Source of the DNA: Chloroflexota bacterium
Lineage (GTDB): Bacteria > Chloroflexota > Limnocylindria > P2-11E > CF-107
Assembly: GCA_005881435.1 (NCBI GenBank)
Contig: VBHP01000028.1
Span: forward strand, 71,003 to 135,002
Direction of reading: 5' to 3'
Length of the DNA: 64,000 bases
Shown: positions 17,605-26,192 of the stretch, in pieces
Numbering within the stretch: the first letter of the stretch is position 1
Layout of the letters: each line of letters opens with the position of its first letter
Notes under the pieces: generated by a model
Database searches by the model: none
What the model was told of the DNA's origin: nothing
Seen by the model: the letters and a program-made list of their open reading frames with translations, nothing else
Program-made: the position numbers and the translations under genes

Positions 17605-17826
17605 GTGGGAGCGCAGGATAACTGGGACGGCTGGGCGGAGCGCCGGCTGCGCGAGTGGAACGATCTCGGGCAGCGGGTCCTCGATGCCGTCCGTCCGGAC
17701 CCGCCCGCTAGCGGTCCTCCTCCGCTTTCTTCCCCTCCACGCAAGTCACGCCGTCGCGTCCCACGCGCGCCGAATGAACAGTCCCCGCCGCCAGCTCCAT
17801 CCGGTCGCCGGCGCGAAGCCCGATGA
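17605..17826 (+). CDS. Possible small protein (MGAQDNWDGWAERRLREW...)
   Basis: Lies downstream of the sigma-54-like site; its 3' half overlaps the cupin gene antisense; no RBS. Confidence 0.3.
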   Translation: MGAQDNWDGWAERRLREWNDLGQRVLDAVRPDPPASGPPPLSSPPRKSRRRVPRAPNEQSPPPAPSGRRREAR

Positions 17827-17989
17827 TGCGTCCCTCCGGCTCGACCACGAAGTCGATGCTGCCCGCGACGCAATACAGGATCTTCGTGTACGCGTGGCTA
17901 TGGGCACCGTAGCGATAGCCCGGTTCGTTCGACCAGGCATACGCGTCGCGCGCCTCGCGCTGTAGCCGCGTCATCAGCTCGTCGGTCAT
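17708..17989 (-). CDS. Cupin-domain protein
   Basis: HSHAYTKILYCVAGSI...L.AGD...GTVHSA. Confidence 0.85.
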   Translation of the reverse strand: MTDELMTRLQREARDAYAWSNEPGYRYGAHSHAYTKILYCVAGSIDFVVEPEGRIIGLRAGDRMELAAGTVHSARVGRDGVTCVEGKKAEEDR

Positions 17990-18002
17990 CGGGCAGAGAA
18001 CG

Positions 18003-18395
18003 TTAGGGTACGACGCGGACGATCCCGATCATCCCGTACTGCTCGTGGCCCGGCAGGTGACAGATCATCTGGAGCATGCCGGCGTCGGCGAAGGTGACCA
18101 CGGTCGCGCGAGTGGAGAGCGCGGGGATCGAGATCTCGGTGGGACGGCTGCCGTGGACCGGTTCGGTGCCGCTGCGGTGACGCGCATGCATCTCGGCGGT
18201 TCCGACGATCCACTCATGGTCGATGGGATCGTCGTTCCGCAGCACGATCGTGACCGGCACGCCGCGCGGCACGGTGATGATCGAGGGATCGAAGTGCGAA
18301 TAGTGGATGCGGATCTCGGTCTGGGTCGCGGCGGCCGCGCCACTCGGTGCGAGCAGCGCGGCCGCGATAGCTGCGATGACGAGCGCGCGGATCAA
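18003..18395 (-). CDS. Secreted cupredoxin-domain protein
   Basis: Signal peptide, N.D.IDHE, and type-1 Cu loop ICHLPGHEQYGM. Confidence 0.88.
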   Translation of the reverse strand: MIRALVIAAIAAALLAPSGAAAATQTEIRIHYSHFDPSIITVPRGVPVTIVLRNDDPIDHEWIVGTAEMHARHRSGTEPVHGSRPTEISIPALSTRATVVTFADAGMLQMICHLPGHEQYGMIGIVRVVP

Positions 18396-19426
18396 GCCGT
18401 GACCAGCTGGCGGCGACGCATCACCAGCAGCGCGAGCGCTGCGGCGACGTAGCCACCGGCCAACGCGATCGGCCAGATCAGGCCGAGATCGTCCGGGACG
18501 ACCGGCGGCGTCGAAGTGCCGAAGCCGGCGGCGATGCGCGACGGCGCGCCCTGACCGCTGGCGTCGATCGCGAGGTCGTACGTGAGCTGTCCCGCGGTCG
18601 CGGCGATGCGGAGTTTCGTGAGCCAGCCGTCCTGCGGGATCCAGGACATGCCTTTGTCGGCGCGGAGATCGTTCAACAGCGAAGCGGTCGCCGCGGCGTC
18701 GTGCTCGACGAACAAGCCGTGCGATCGGTCCGCCGCCGGCAGCATCGCCGGGCGGCGATCGGTGAGCAGGAAGACATCAGCGTCGACGGGCTCGCCCGAG
18801 AGCTTGCCCAGTCCAAGGATGCGGAGCGGGACCCACGGGTTCGGGGTCGGGATCGTGATGTGGACCGGCGTGCCGTCGCCGACGTTCTGCCCGCGCTGCG
18901 CCGCGGCATCGGCGTCGAAGACGGCTGCGAGAAAGATCGGGCTGCGCTGGGCGTAGAAGTCGAGGACCTCTGGTGCGTCGGGCGGCAGGCGGAAGCCGTG
19001 CTCCTTCGCCCATTCACCCACGGCCGCGCCGCCGCCTTTGAGAACGGTGACGTCAAGGGCGTCGATGCGCTTCTGCAGCAGCACCTGTACCGAATCCGCG
19101 GTGAGCGCGCTGCGCGCGGCCGGGGCGAATTGTTTGATCGGTGCGGTCTCGCGAATGAGCCGCTGCAGCGTCCAGTCGCCGCCACGCTCGACGTCCGAGG
19201 GGACGCCGGGCAGCGGCGTCAACGAGCCGAAGGCGCCACCGCCGCCGGCAAAGCTGAACGCGGTCACGTAGTGCTCGACACCGTTGTGATATCCGGCGAA
19301 CGTCGTCGTCCGAGTCAGCAGCACTGCGCCGTTCGGACCGATGAGCCCGCCGCAGGCGAATGCCGGCGTCGACGCCAGCAGCATGGTCAGGATCAGCGCC
19401 GGGAAGGCGAACAGGAACCGTCGCAT
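18392..19426 (-). CDS. DUF2330-family exported protein with C-terminal TM helix
   Basis: AAGGAGG RBS, signal peptide ending AFA-CGG, PLRIL motif, C-terminal anchor. Confidence 0.7.
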   Translation of the reverse strand: MRRFLFAFPALILTMLLASTPAFACGGLIGPNGAVLLTRTTTFAGYHNGVEHYVTAFSFAGGGGAFGSLTPLPGVPSDVERGGDWTLQRLIRETAPIKQFAPAARSALTADSVQVLLQKRIDALDVTVLKGGGAAVGEWAKEHGFRLPPDAPEVLDFYAQRSPIFLAAVFDADAAAQRGQNVGDGTPVHITIPTPNPWVPLRILGLGKLSGEPVDADVFLLTDRRPAMLPAADRSHGLFVEHDAAATASLLNDLRADKGMSWIPQDGWLTKLRIAATAGQLTYDLAIDASGQGAPSRIAAGFGTSTPPVVPDDLGLIWPIALAGGYVAAALALLVMRRRQLVTA

Positions 19427-19496
19427 GGCCTCCTCCTTCGTTCGGGTGCGATGGGCGTAGGACGACCGGAAGGAGTCCGCGGTTCCATCTGCGACG

Positions 19497-20789
19497 ATGG
19501 CGTGTCTGGACGCCGCCACCGTTCGCGCCTTGGTCCGACAGCTTCCCGATTACGAGGTCGCGGGCGGCTCGCCGTTCGCCGGCGCCGAGGCGGGCCTGCG
19601 GCGCACGGCGAAGCTCCTGGACCTGCTTGGGCGTCCCGATATCCGTTACCTCGTCGCGCAGGTCGCCGGGACCAACGGCAAGGGTTCGACCGCGGCGATG
19701 ATCGCGTCGATCCTCGAGGCCGCCGGCGCGCGCACCGGTCTGTACACCTCGCCGCACCTGGCGCGCTGGGAGGAGCGGATTCGCATCTCCGGCGAAGTCG
19801 TCGACGACGACATGCTCGCCAGAGCGGGCGCGCTGGTGCTCGATGCGGCGCTGCAACTGTCGCCCGACGATGGCGAGCTGACGCGCTTTGAATTCTGGAC
19901 CGCGCTCGCGTGCGTCTCGTTCGGACTGTCGTCGTGCCGCGCAGCGGTGCTCGAGGTCGGCCTCGGCGGCCGTTACGACGCCACGACAGCCGCGCGTGTC
20001 GATCTGGCGGTGATCACACGCATCGGTCTCGACCACACCGCGATCCTCGGCGCCAGCATCCCGGCGATCGCCAGGGAGAAGGCGGCGATCATCCGCGAGC
20101 GCATGCCGACCGTTTCGGCGCCGCAGGTGCACGCGGCCCGCGACGTCATCGTGGCCACGGCCGGGGAAGCCGCAGCGCCGCTGCTGCTCGGCGGCCGCGA
20201 CTTCAATTGGCGGCGCACGCCGGAGGGACTCGATGTGATGGTCCTGGAGCAGACCTATGCGGGTCTGCGGCTGCCGCTCCGCGGCGCGTATCAGGAAGAG
20301 AACGCGGCGACAGCCGTGACCGCGGCGCTGGCGCTGGGGACGCTCGGTATCAAGCTCAACCCAGAGATGGTCTCGGCCGGCATCGCCGCCACGCGGTGGC
20401 CGGGCCGCTTCGAAGTCATCGACCACATCGTCCTCGATGGGGCGCACAACCCCGACGGCGCGCGCGCTCTCGCGGCAGCGCTGCGCGGCGAGTTTCCCGG
20501 CGAGCGCTTCAGCTTCGTGCTCGGGACGATGCGGGACAAGGATCTGACCGGCATGCTGCAGGAGCTGGTGTCCCTCGCCGTCAAGGTCATCGCGGTCCGG
20601 TCGGCCTCGCCGCGAGCCCGCCCCGCCGAGGACGTGGCCTCGTCAGCGCGACAGCTCGGGCTGGCGGCGGTGGTGGCCGAGAGTGTCTCTGCGGCGCTGT
20701 CGCGAAGGAGCGACACGGATCGAACGGTGGTGTGCGGATCGCTCGCGGTCGTGGCCGAGGCGCGCGCGGCCTTGGGCCTCAGTGATTAG
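19497..20789 (+). CDS. folC: Folylpolyglutamate/dihydrofolate synthase
   Basis: VAGTNGKGST, YTSPHL, EVGLGGRYDAT, DHTAILG, WPGRFE, DGAHNP. Confidence 0.95.
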   Translation: MACLDAATVRALVRQLPDYEVAGGSPFAGAEAGLRRTAKLLDLLGRPDIRYLVAQVAGTNGKGSTAAMIASILEAAGARTGLYTSPHLARWEERIRISGEVVDDDMLARAGALVLDAALQLSPDDGELTRFEFWTALACVSFGLSSCRAAVLEVGLGGRYDATTAARVDLAVITRIGLDHTAILGASIPAIAREKAAIIRERMPTVSAPQVHAARDVIVATAGEAAAPLLLGGRDFNWRRTPEGLDVMVLEQTYAGLRLPLRGAYQEENAATAVTAALALGTLGIKLNPEMVSAGIAATRWPGRFEVIDHIVLDGAHNPDGARALAAALRGEFPGERFSFVLGTMRDKDLTGMLQELVSLAVKVIAVRSASPRARPAEDVASSARQLGLAAVVAESVSAALSRRSDTDRTVVCGSLAVVAEARAALGLSD

Positions 20790-20950
20790 GACGCGGATCG
20801 GTCTTCGCCTTCGTCGCGAAGAGCGCGGCGGAACTCGGCGACGCCGCGACCGAGGTCGCGGCCGATCTCCTCAGCTTTTCCTGGAACGAAGACGATCAGC
20901 GATATCACCATGATCAACAGCAGATGACCGGGCTGGAGCAGACCTTCCAT
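20786..20950 (-). CDS. tatA: TatA/E-like protein
   Basis: Short TM segment then amphipathic EIGRDLGRGVAEFRRA. Confidence 0.7.
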   Translation of the reverse strand: MEGLLQPGHLLLIMVISLIVFVPGKAEEIGRDLGRGVAEFRRALRDEGEDRSAS

Positions 20951-21003
20951 GACTCGAGCGTGCGTCGCGTGGGGTGCCACCGCACGGGTCCTAGGCTCTA
21001 GCG

Positions 21004-21351
21004 GTGAACGAGCCGGTCCCTGCGGCTCTGTCGCTGGCGCGTCGCTGGTTCAAAGCGCTCGACGACCGCGATCCGTCGACCGCGGCGGCGCTCGTCAGCG
21101 ACGATTGCCGCATCACCAATCCGACCGGCAACGAGGACCTGGTCGGTCCGGCGGGGGTGCGCGAGCTGCTGCGCATGGCGCCGCCGACGCTGCGTCGATC
21201 CGTGCGCGCCGAGCGCGTCGAGGGCGACACCGCAATCGTCACCGGGCTGACCCGTGTGCCGGGAGCGTTCGCCAACTACACCACCTGGACGATCGAGACC
21301 AACGGCGACCGCATCACGCGCATCGGCTTCGCCTGGCGTTCGGCGAACTAG
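21004..21351 (+). CDS. SnoaL/NTF2-like protein
   Basis: RRWFKALDDRD...LVSDD...VG.AGVRE pattern; TAGGCT 6 nt before the GTG. Confidence 0.75.
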   Translation: MNEPVPAALSLARRWFKALDDRDPSTAAALVSDDCRITNPTGNEDLVGPAGVRELLRMAPPTLRRSVRAERVEGDTAIVTGLTRVPGAFANYTTWTIETNGDRITRIGFAWRSAN

Positions 21352-21605
21352 CTCTTTCCTAACTTCGCCAGCCGCTCGAGCACCTCGCGCTGCCGCGAGA
21401 GCACATGCGTGGTGACCTCGGCCAGCCAGTGGTCCAGGTCCGCGGTGAGCTCGACCGCTTCCGCAAGCGCGCTCTCCAGCTGTGATCTGTCTCTCTCGGC
21501 CTGCTCCAGCAGCACCCCCGTCTTCGCTTCGTAGTCCGTGACCTTCACGCCGAAGACCTTCAGCAATTTCCGCGTGGGGTCCACGGCGCGCCGTTCTTCT
21601 TCCAT
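21348..21605 (-). CDS. Hypothetical helical protein
   Basis: GGAGG RBS; GC3-rich codons. Confidence 0.65.
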   Translation of the reverse strand: MEEERRAVDPTRKLLKVFGVKVTDYEAKTGVLLEQAERDRSQLESALAEAVELTADLDHWLAEVTTHVLSRQREVLERLAKLGKS

Positions 21606-21621
21606 CGCTTCCTCCTTCCAA

Positions 21622-21987
21622 TCAGGACGTGGTGATGCCTCTGATCGCGAGCCCGGCGGCGAAGAGCATTACCAGCCCGAGCAGCAGCGATTGCTGCGCC
21701 GGCGGTCGATCACGTGAGTAGAGATAACCGGCAGGCAAAGCCGCCGCGAGCGCGAAACCATAAAGAATGTGCAACGGGTCGCGCGGACCAGTCCCGCCGA
21801 TCCACACCGCCAATCCGAAGACGCCCTGCGCGAGCGCGGTGATCCAGGCGATGACGAGCGCGCCGCGATAGCTGGGCGAGATGCCACTGCCACGTCGCCA
21901 GGCCACGAGTCCCCAGACGCCGATGAAAGCGAGATAGAGGACGAGAGCGCGCGCGAGGCCGGCGTGAAGATTGGTCAGCTCCGACAC
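21622..21987 (-). CDS. Hypothetical 4-TM membrane protein
   Basis: Four hydrophobic helices, LHILYG motif; TAGCAT 6 nt before the GTG. Confidence 0.75.
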   Translation of the reverse strand: MSELTNLHAGLARALVLYLAFIGVWGLVAWRRGSGISPSYRGALVIAWITALAQGVFGLAVWIGGTGPRDPLHILYGFALAAALPAGYLYSRDRPPAQQSLLLGLVMLFAAGLAIRGITTS

Positions 21988-22000
21988 GCGGCGATGCTAG

Positions 22001-22030
22001 GCCCCGCCCGCCGGGATCGACGGGCGGGGC
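22001..22030 (-). terminator. GC-rich hairpin after the repeat-peptide gene
   Basis: GCCCCGCCCG-N10-CGGGCGGGGC perfect stem 12 nt after the stop; no U-tract. Confidence 0.6.
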
Positions 22031-22042
22031 ACCAGCGTCGCT

Positions 22043-22165
22043 TTAGCGGCCGCCGCCCGGCGGAAGAACCGGGTCGGCGTATCGGCCGCCACCCGGCGGC
22101 AGGACCGGATCGCTCTTACCGCCACCGGGCGGCAGGACCGGGTCGAGGCGGAACATCGCGAACAT
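22043..22165 (-). CDS. 40-aa repeat peptide MFAMFRLDPVLPPGGGKSDPVLPPGGGRYADPVLPPGGGR (candidate signal/RiPP precursor)
   Basis: GGAGG upstream of the ATG; three DPVLPPGGG units differing only at synonymous positions; downstream hairpin. Confidence 0.88.
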   Translation of the reverse strand: MFAMFRLDPVLPPGGGKSDPVLPPGGGRYADPVLPPGGGR

Positions 22166-22288
22166 CTGGGCCTCCCCGGCAGGGCGCAAAATAAGCAAAA
22201 CTCAAACGCCCCACCTGCCGGGCATATTGGCACACGCCTGCAACCCTTAAAGAAGGACTCAAACTGAACTGTGCTTATACTCGGCGCC

Positions 22289-22648
22289 GTGGCGACTCGG
22301 GTCCTCGTGCTGTTCTGCGAGGAGTACGCCCGCGGGGCGTTTGTGTCCCAGGCCCTGGCCGGAGCGGGCTATGCGGTGAAATGGGTACGCGGCGTCGAGA
22401 CCGCACACCAGCTCGCCGAGCGCCAGCGCGTCGACGCCCTGGTCGCGGATGCACGCAGCGAAGAGCTGCTGGGGTGGCTCGTCGGCGGCTGGCGCCGACG
22501 GACTCCTGCTGCGCCCGTCGTCTTGCTCGCGCGGGCCGGTACCAGCGATTCAGCGCCACTTGCCGACGAGGTCGTATCGTCTCCCCTGACCGTGGATGCC
22601 ATACGGCGCTCAGTGGAGCGTGCGCTGTCGGAGAGCACGAGTGCCTAG
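22289..22648 (+). CDS. Atypical single-domain receiver (CheY-like) protein
   Basis: Receiver-like pattern (RVLVL..EE, DALVAD, PVVLL); the conserved Lys-Pro reads Ser-Pro; TATACT 7 nt before the GTG. Confidence 0.65.
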   Translation: MATRVLVLFCEEYARGAFVSQALAGAGYAVKWVRGVETAHQLAERQRVDALVADARSEELLGWLVGGWRRRTPAAPVVLLARAGTSDSAPLADEVVSSPLTVDAIRRSVERALSESTSA

Positions 22649-23918
22649 CGGCCTCAGGCGCGCGTCCACCGCGGCGAACAATTTCGGAGCTCGATTACGT
22701 GTCCTTCGCCGCGCCAAGGGGTTGCGGCAGCAGGACCTCGCCGGCGGCGAGTATTCCGCGGCCTACATCTCGATGCTCGAAAGCGGCAGGACCCGCGCGT
22801 CGATGAAGGCGCTCGAGCACATCTCGCGCAAGCTCGGGATCGGCGTGGCCGAGCTGCTGGGCGGTGTTCCACAGCCGAACCAGGCCGAAGCGCGTCTCGA
22901 GGTCGCGCGCACGCTCCTCGCCGCCGAAGAATCGGAGCGGGCGTTGCAGGTCCTGGCTGAGGTCCGCGACAAGGAGCTGACGCCGCGACAGCACGTGGCG
23001 CGTCTGCGGCTCGAGGGTCGCGCCCACCTGCAGCTGCGAAACGCCAAGGCCGCGATGCCGGTGCTCCAGCGTGCGCTGCTGCTGGCGCAGCAGTTGAACG
23101 ACAACGTCGAGGTTGCGCACGTGCGCAACCAGATCGGCCTGTGCTGCTACTACAACGCAGCGCATCGCGAGGCCGTGCAGCACCACCTGGCGTGTCTCGA
23201 GGCGATCCATCGTGGCGAGGTGCGCGACGCGGTCCTGGAGTTCCGCGTCCTATCGAACCTCGGCAACGAGCACGGCGCTCTGGGCGAGCTTCCCGCCGCG
23301 ATCGGCTACTACGAACGTGCGCTCGCTATGGCCAACGACGTCGTCGACCACGAGCGTCTGGCGGGGATCCATGCCGGGCTCGCGTTCGCTTACACCAAGC
23401 AGGAGGACTACGAGGGCGCGATCACCCACGCGCGCACGAGTTTCGAGCTCTACGAGCAGATCGGGGCCAAGAAGACGCTTCCCGAGATCATGAACAACCT
23501 CGCGTACCTCTACGGAAAGGTCGGCAATCGCACTCGCGCCGACGCGCTGCTGGTTCAGGCCATCGATGGCGCGCGGACCAATCGCAACCTGTACGCGTTG
23601 CCGCACCTGATCCTCAGCCGCGCCGAGCTGCACAAGACCACCGACCCGGAGCAGGCCCGCCGTTTTGGACGTGAAGCTCTCGCCGCGGCCGAGGCCGCCG
23701 AGCAGCGCGAGGCGATCCTTTCGGTGCGGCTGTTCTTGGCCGGGTTGGAGACCGATCCCACGACCGCGCGCGTCGCGTTCGATCAGTGCCTGTCGCTGGC
23801 GCGCCTCAGCGTCCCGGAGCGCGAGCGCCGCGTGCTCGAAGCGCACGCCGACTGGGAGCAGGCGCACGGCGACGTCCGCCGCGCGGCCAAGCTGTTAAAG
23901 GAAGCGCTGCACAAGTAA
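22641..23918 (+). CDS. XRE-HTH + TPR transcriptional regulator (RRNPP-like architecture)
   Basis: HTH FGARLRVLRRAKGLRQQDLA...YISMLESG followed by TPRs (SNLG..H..LG, MNNLAYLY); 8-nt overlap with the upstream gene. Confidence 0.9.
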   Translation: MPSGLRRASTAANNFGARLRVLRRAKGLRQQDLAGGEYSAAYISMLESGRTRASMKALEHISRKLGIGVAELLGGVPQPNQAEARLEVARTLLAAEESERALQVLAEVRDKELTPRQHVARLRLEGRAHLQLRNAKAAMPVLQRALLLAQQLNDNVEVAHVRNQIGLCCYYNAAHREAVQHHLACLEAIHRGEVRDAVLEFRVLSNLGNEHGALGELPAAIGYYERALAMANDVVDHERLAGIHAGLAFAYTKQEDYEGAITHARTSFELYEQIGAKKTLPEIMNNLAYLYGKVGNRTRADALLVQAIDGARTNRNLYALPHLILSRAELHKTTDPEQARRFGREALAAAEAAEQREAILSVRLFLAGLETDPTTARVAFDQCLSLARLSVPERERRVLEAHADWEQAHGDVRRAAKLLKEALHK

Positions 23919-23967
23919 CACCCGAGGCGAATGGCAGCGCGGCGCGGCGAGTGCGCGGCGCGCGCCG

Positions 23968-24090
23968 GCGCCGAGCGGGCCGATCGCGGCGACCGTTGCT
24001 CAACTACTCGCCAGAAGATGGCGTTGTGGTTCGCGGCTTCGACGCCGCGAACCAGGCGCACAGGGAGCGGCGAGCGGGACCGCTCGGCGC
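23968..24090 (+). repeat. Dispersed palindromic element, copy 2
   Basis: Same blocks as copy 1; hairpin loop TTCGAC; enclosed by GCGCCGAGCG/CGCTCGGCGC. Confidence 0.8.
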
Positions 24091-24104
24091 TAGAGCCCGC
24101 GTGG

Positions 24105-25262
24105 CTACTCGACGAGCCGACCGCGCTGGAACACGAGCCACACTCGCCACAGCGCGGCGGGATCGGAGAGCGGATCGCCGTGCACGAGAAAGAGATCGGC
24201 GGCTCCACCTTGCCGGAGCGTGCCGGCGTCTTTTAGTCCGAGCACCTCGCCGCCTTCGAAGGTCGCGGCCGCGAGGGCCTCGTGCGGCTCGAGCCCGGCC
24301 TTCACCAGATGCTCGACTTCCCACGCCAGATGACCAGGGCGTACCGAGCCGCCACCGAAATCGCTGCCCGTGGCGATCCGCACGCCGGCCTTCTTCGCGG
24401 CGCGAACAGCGCCGTAGGCCTGCTCCAGCAGCTCCGCCGTTTTTGCCTGCGCCTCGGCGAACGCTCCGCCAACGGTGTCGCCGAAACCAATGAACGAGTC
24501 GAGGACGTTCAGCGTCGTCACCAGTGCAGTGCGGCCGCGCATCGACCGCGCGATCACGTCGTCGACGCCGAAACCGTGCTCGACGGAATCCACTCCCGCA
24601 TCGACCGCGACCTTCGCGCCCTTGCCCTGCGCGTGCGCGGTGACGCGCTTGCCGCGCGCGTGCACCGCCTCGACCGTCGGTCGCAGTTCGTCGGCGCTGA
24701 ACGTCACAGTCTCGCCCAGGCGGCCGGTATCGACGGCCAGCTTGACCAGGTCCGCTCCGGCGTCGAGTTCCGCGATCGCCGCCGCCCGCAGTTCCGCCGC
24801 CGAGTCGACGAAGACCGTAAACGGCGGGAACCGATCACGCCGCGCGATCCAGGTGCCGGCGGCGAGAATCGTCGGCAGACCCTCCCGTCCGGACAGCTCG
24901 TCGCGGATGCGGAGGTTCAGCCGATGGGGCGCGCCCACTTCCCGAGCGGTGAGGACACCCATACGCACGAGGGCACGCCCGGCGCGTGGCCCGCGCGCCA
25001 GCAGCTCTTCGGGCGGGTCGCCGAAGCGCGCGATCCAGTTCGCCCCGCCGGACCCGGTGAAGTGGGCGTGGCAATCGACGAGCGCGGGAACGAGCGTCGC
25101 GCCAGCCGCGTCGATGACCTCGGCGCCGGCGGCGTCAGGTTCGCCGTCGCGCGGGCCGAGATAGGCGACGCGATCGCCGCGCACCACGAGGGAGACATCG
25201 CGTTCGAGAGTGGGGGAGCGTCCGTCCGCGAGAGCCGCGCCGCGAATGTGGATCGCGGGCAC
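24105..25262 (-). CDS. Metal-dependent amidohydrolase
   Basis: PALVDCHAH, GADLVK, AHAQG, SVEHG, GSDFG. Confidence 0.9.
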   Translation of the reverse strand: MPAIHIRGAALADGRSPTLERDVSLVVRGDRVAYLGPRDGEPDAAGAEVIDAAGATLVPALVDCHAHFTGSGGANWIARFGDPPEELLARGPRAGRALVRMGVLTAREVGAPHRLNLRIRDELSGREGLPTILAAGTWIARRDRFPPFTVFVDSAAELRAAAIAELDAGADLVKLAVDTGRLGETVTFSADELRPTVEAVHARGKRVTAHAQGKGAKVAVDAGVDSVEHGFGVDDVIARSMRGRTALVTTLNVLDSFIGFGDTVGGAFAEAQAKTAELLEQAYGAVRAAKKAGVRIATGSDFGGGSVRPGHLAWEVEHLVKAGLEPHEALAAATFEGGEVLGLKDAGTLRQGGAADLFLVHGDPLSDPAALWRVWLVFQRGRLVE

Positions 25263-25774
25263 TACTCGACGCGAATGGTCTTGATGACGTCACCGATCTT
25301 GATGCCGGTGACGACATCCATGCCGCTTTCGACCTGACCGAAGTTGGTGTACTGACCGTTCAGCCAGGAAGCGTCCTTCTTCACCACGAACCACTGGTAG
25401 TCGTTGTTGATCTTGGGATCGTTGCCGCGAGCGATGCCGGCGGCGCCGACCTTGAACGGCAACTGGTTCATCTCGCTCGGCATCTTGCCGCCTCCCATCC
25501 CCGAGCCGAGCGGATCGCCGCCCTGCACGACCCAGTCTTCGACGCGGTGGAACTTGAGGCCGTCGTACTTGTGGTCGCGCGCCTTCTGCACGAAGTTCGC
25601 GACCGTGCTCGGAGCGGCGTCGGCTCGGAGCGTGATCGTGAACGAACCGCCCTTAGCCAGTTCGACGATCGCGCGCTTCGCCGTGCCCGTTGCCTGGGAG
25701 GGAGATGGTTGTTGCGCCACGGTGCACGACAGAATAAAGAAAAGGGCCCCGGCAAGCGCCGAGGCCCTTCTCAT
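25262..25774 (-). CDS. Cyclophilin-type peptidyl-prolyl isomerase, probable lipoprotein
   Basis: AP.TVANF, YDGLKFHRV, VQGGDP, YTNFGQV; ILSC lipobox-like. Confidence 0.92.
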   Translation of the reverse strand: MRRASALAGALFFILSCTVAQQPSPSQATGTAKRAIVELAKGGSFTITLRADAAPSTVANFVQKARDHKYDGLKFHRVEDWVVQGGDPLGSGMGGGKMPSEMNQLPFKVGAAGIARGNDPKINNDYQWFVVKKDASWLNGQYTNFGQVESGMDVVTGIKIGDVIKTIRVE

Positions 25775-25795
25775 TCGATGCGATCCCTCGCGGTA

Positions 25796-26128
25796 CTAGG
25801 CGTACCGGCTACGAGATGCGCTCGGACGGACCTGCTCGAAGCAGGAGCTGCAGTAGACCGGCTTGTCGCCGCGTGGCACGAATGGCACGCGGGCCTCGCC
25901 GCCGCAGTTGCTGCAGGTCGCGACATGGAACTCGCGCGGGCCCGAGGACCGGTCGGAGGCGTAACCGCCACCGCCGCCGCCCGAGGTCCGACGTGCCGCA
26001 CGGCACGAAGGACAACGACCCGGCTGGTTCATGAGACCACGGGACTGGTAGAACTCCTGCTCGCCCGAGGTCCAGATGAATTCCTGACCGCAATCCTTGC
26101 AGGTCAGAGTCTTGTCAGAGAAGCTCAC
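25796..26128 (-). CDS. Zinc-ribbon (CxxC-x17-CxxC type) protein
   Basis: DKTLTCKDCG.EF...EQEFY...P.RC..CR and CSNCG...VPF.P...KPVYC..CF. Confidence 0.93.
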   Translation of the reverse strand: MSFSDKTLTCKDCGQEFIWTSGEQEFYQSRGLMNQPGRCPSCRAARRTSGGGGGGYASDRSSGPREFHVATCSNCGGEARVPFVPRGDKPVYCSSCFEQVRPSASRSRYA

Positions 26129-26133
26129 GAAGA

Positions 26134-26192
26134 AGCTTCCTCCCTTAAGTTGTAGTGCTGGTCACGCGAGGTTCGCGATTGCGGAGGAAGCT
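26134..26192 (-). promoter_or_regulatory. 5' leader helix sequestering the Shine-Dalgarno sequence
   Basis: AGCTTCCTCC is exactly complementary to GGAGGAAGCT, which contains the RBS; inner hairpin CGCGA-ACC-TCGCG. Confidence 0.6.

Noticed and set aside
22043-22144. Three ~27-bp direct repeats as a mini-CRISPR array
   Set aside because: The gaps are only 6-9 nt, the variation is synonymous in one reading frame, and there are no cas genes; the repeats are coding.
22228-22242. Sigma-54 promoter TGGCACACGCCTGCA
   Set aside because: GG-to-GC spacing is 9 nt, not the required 10.
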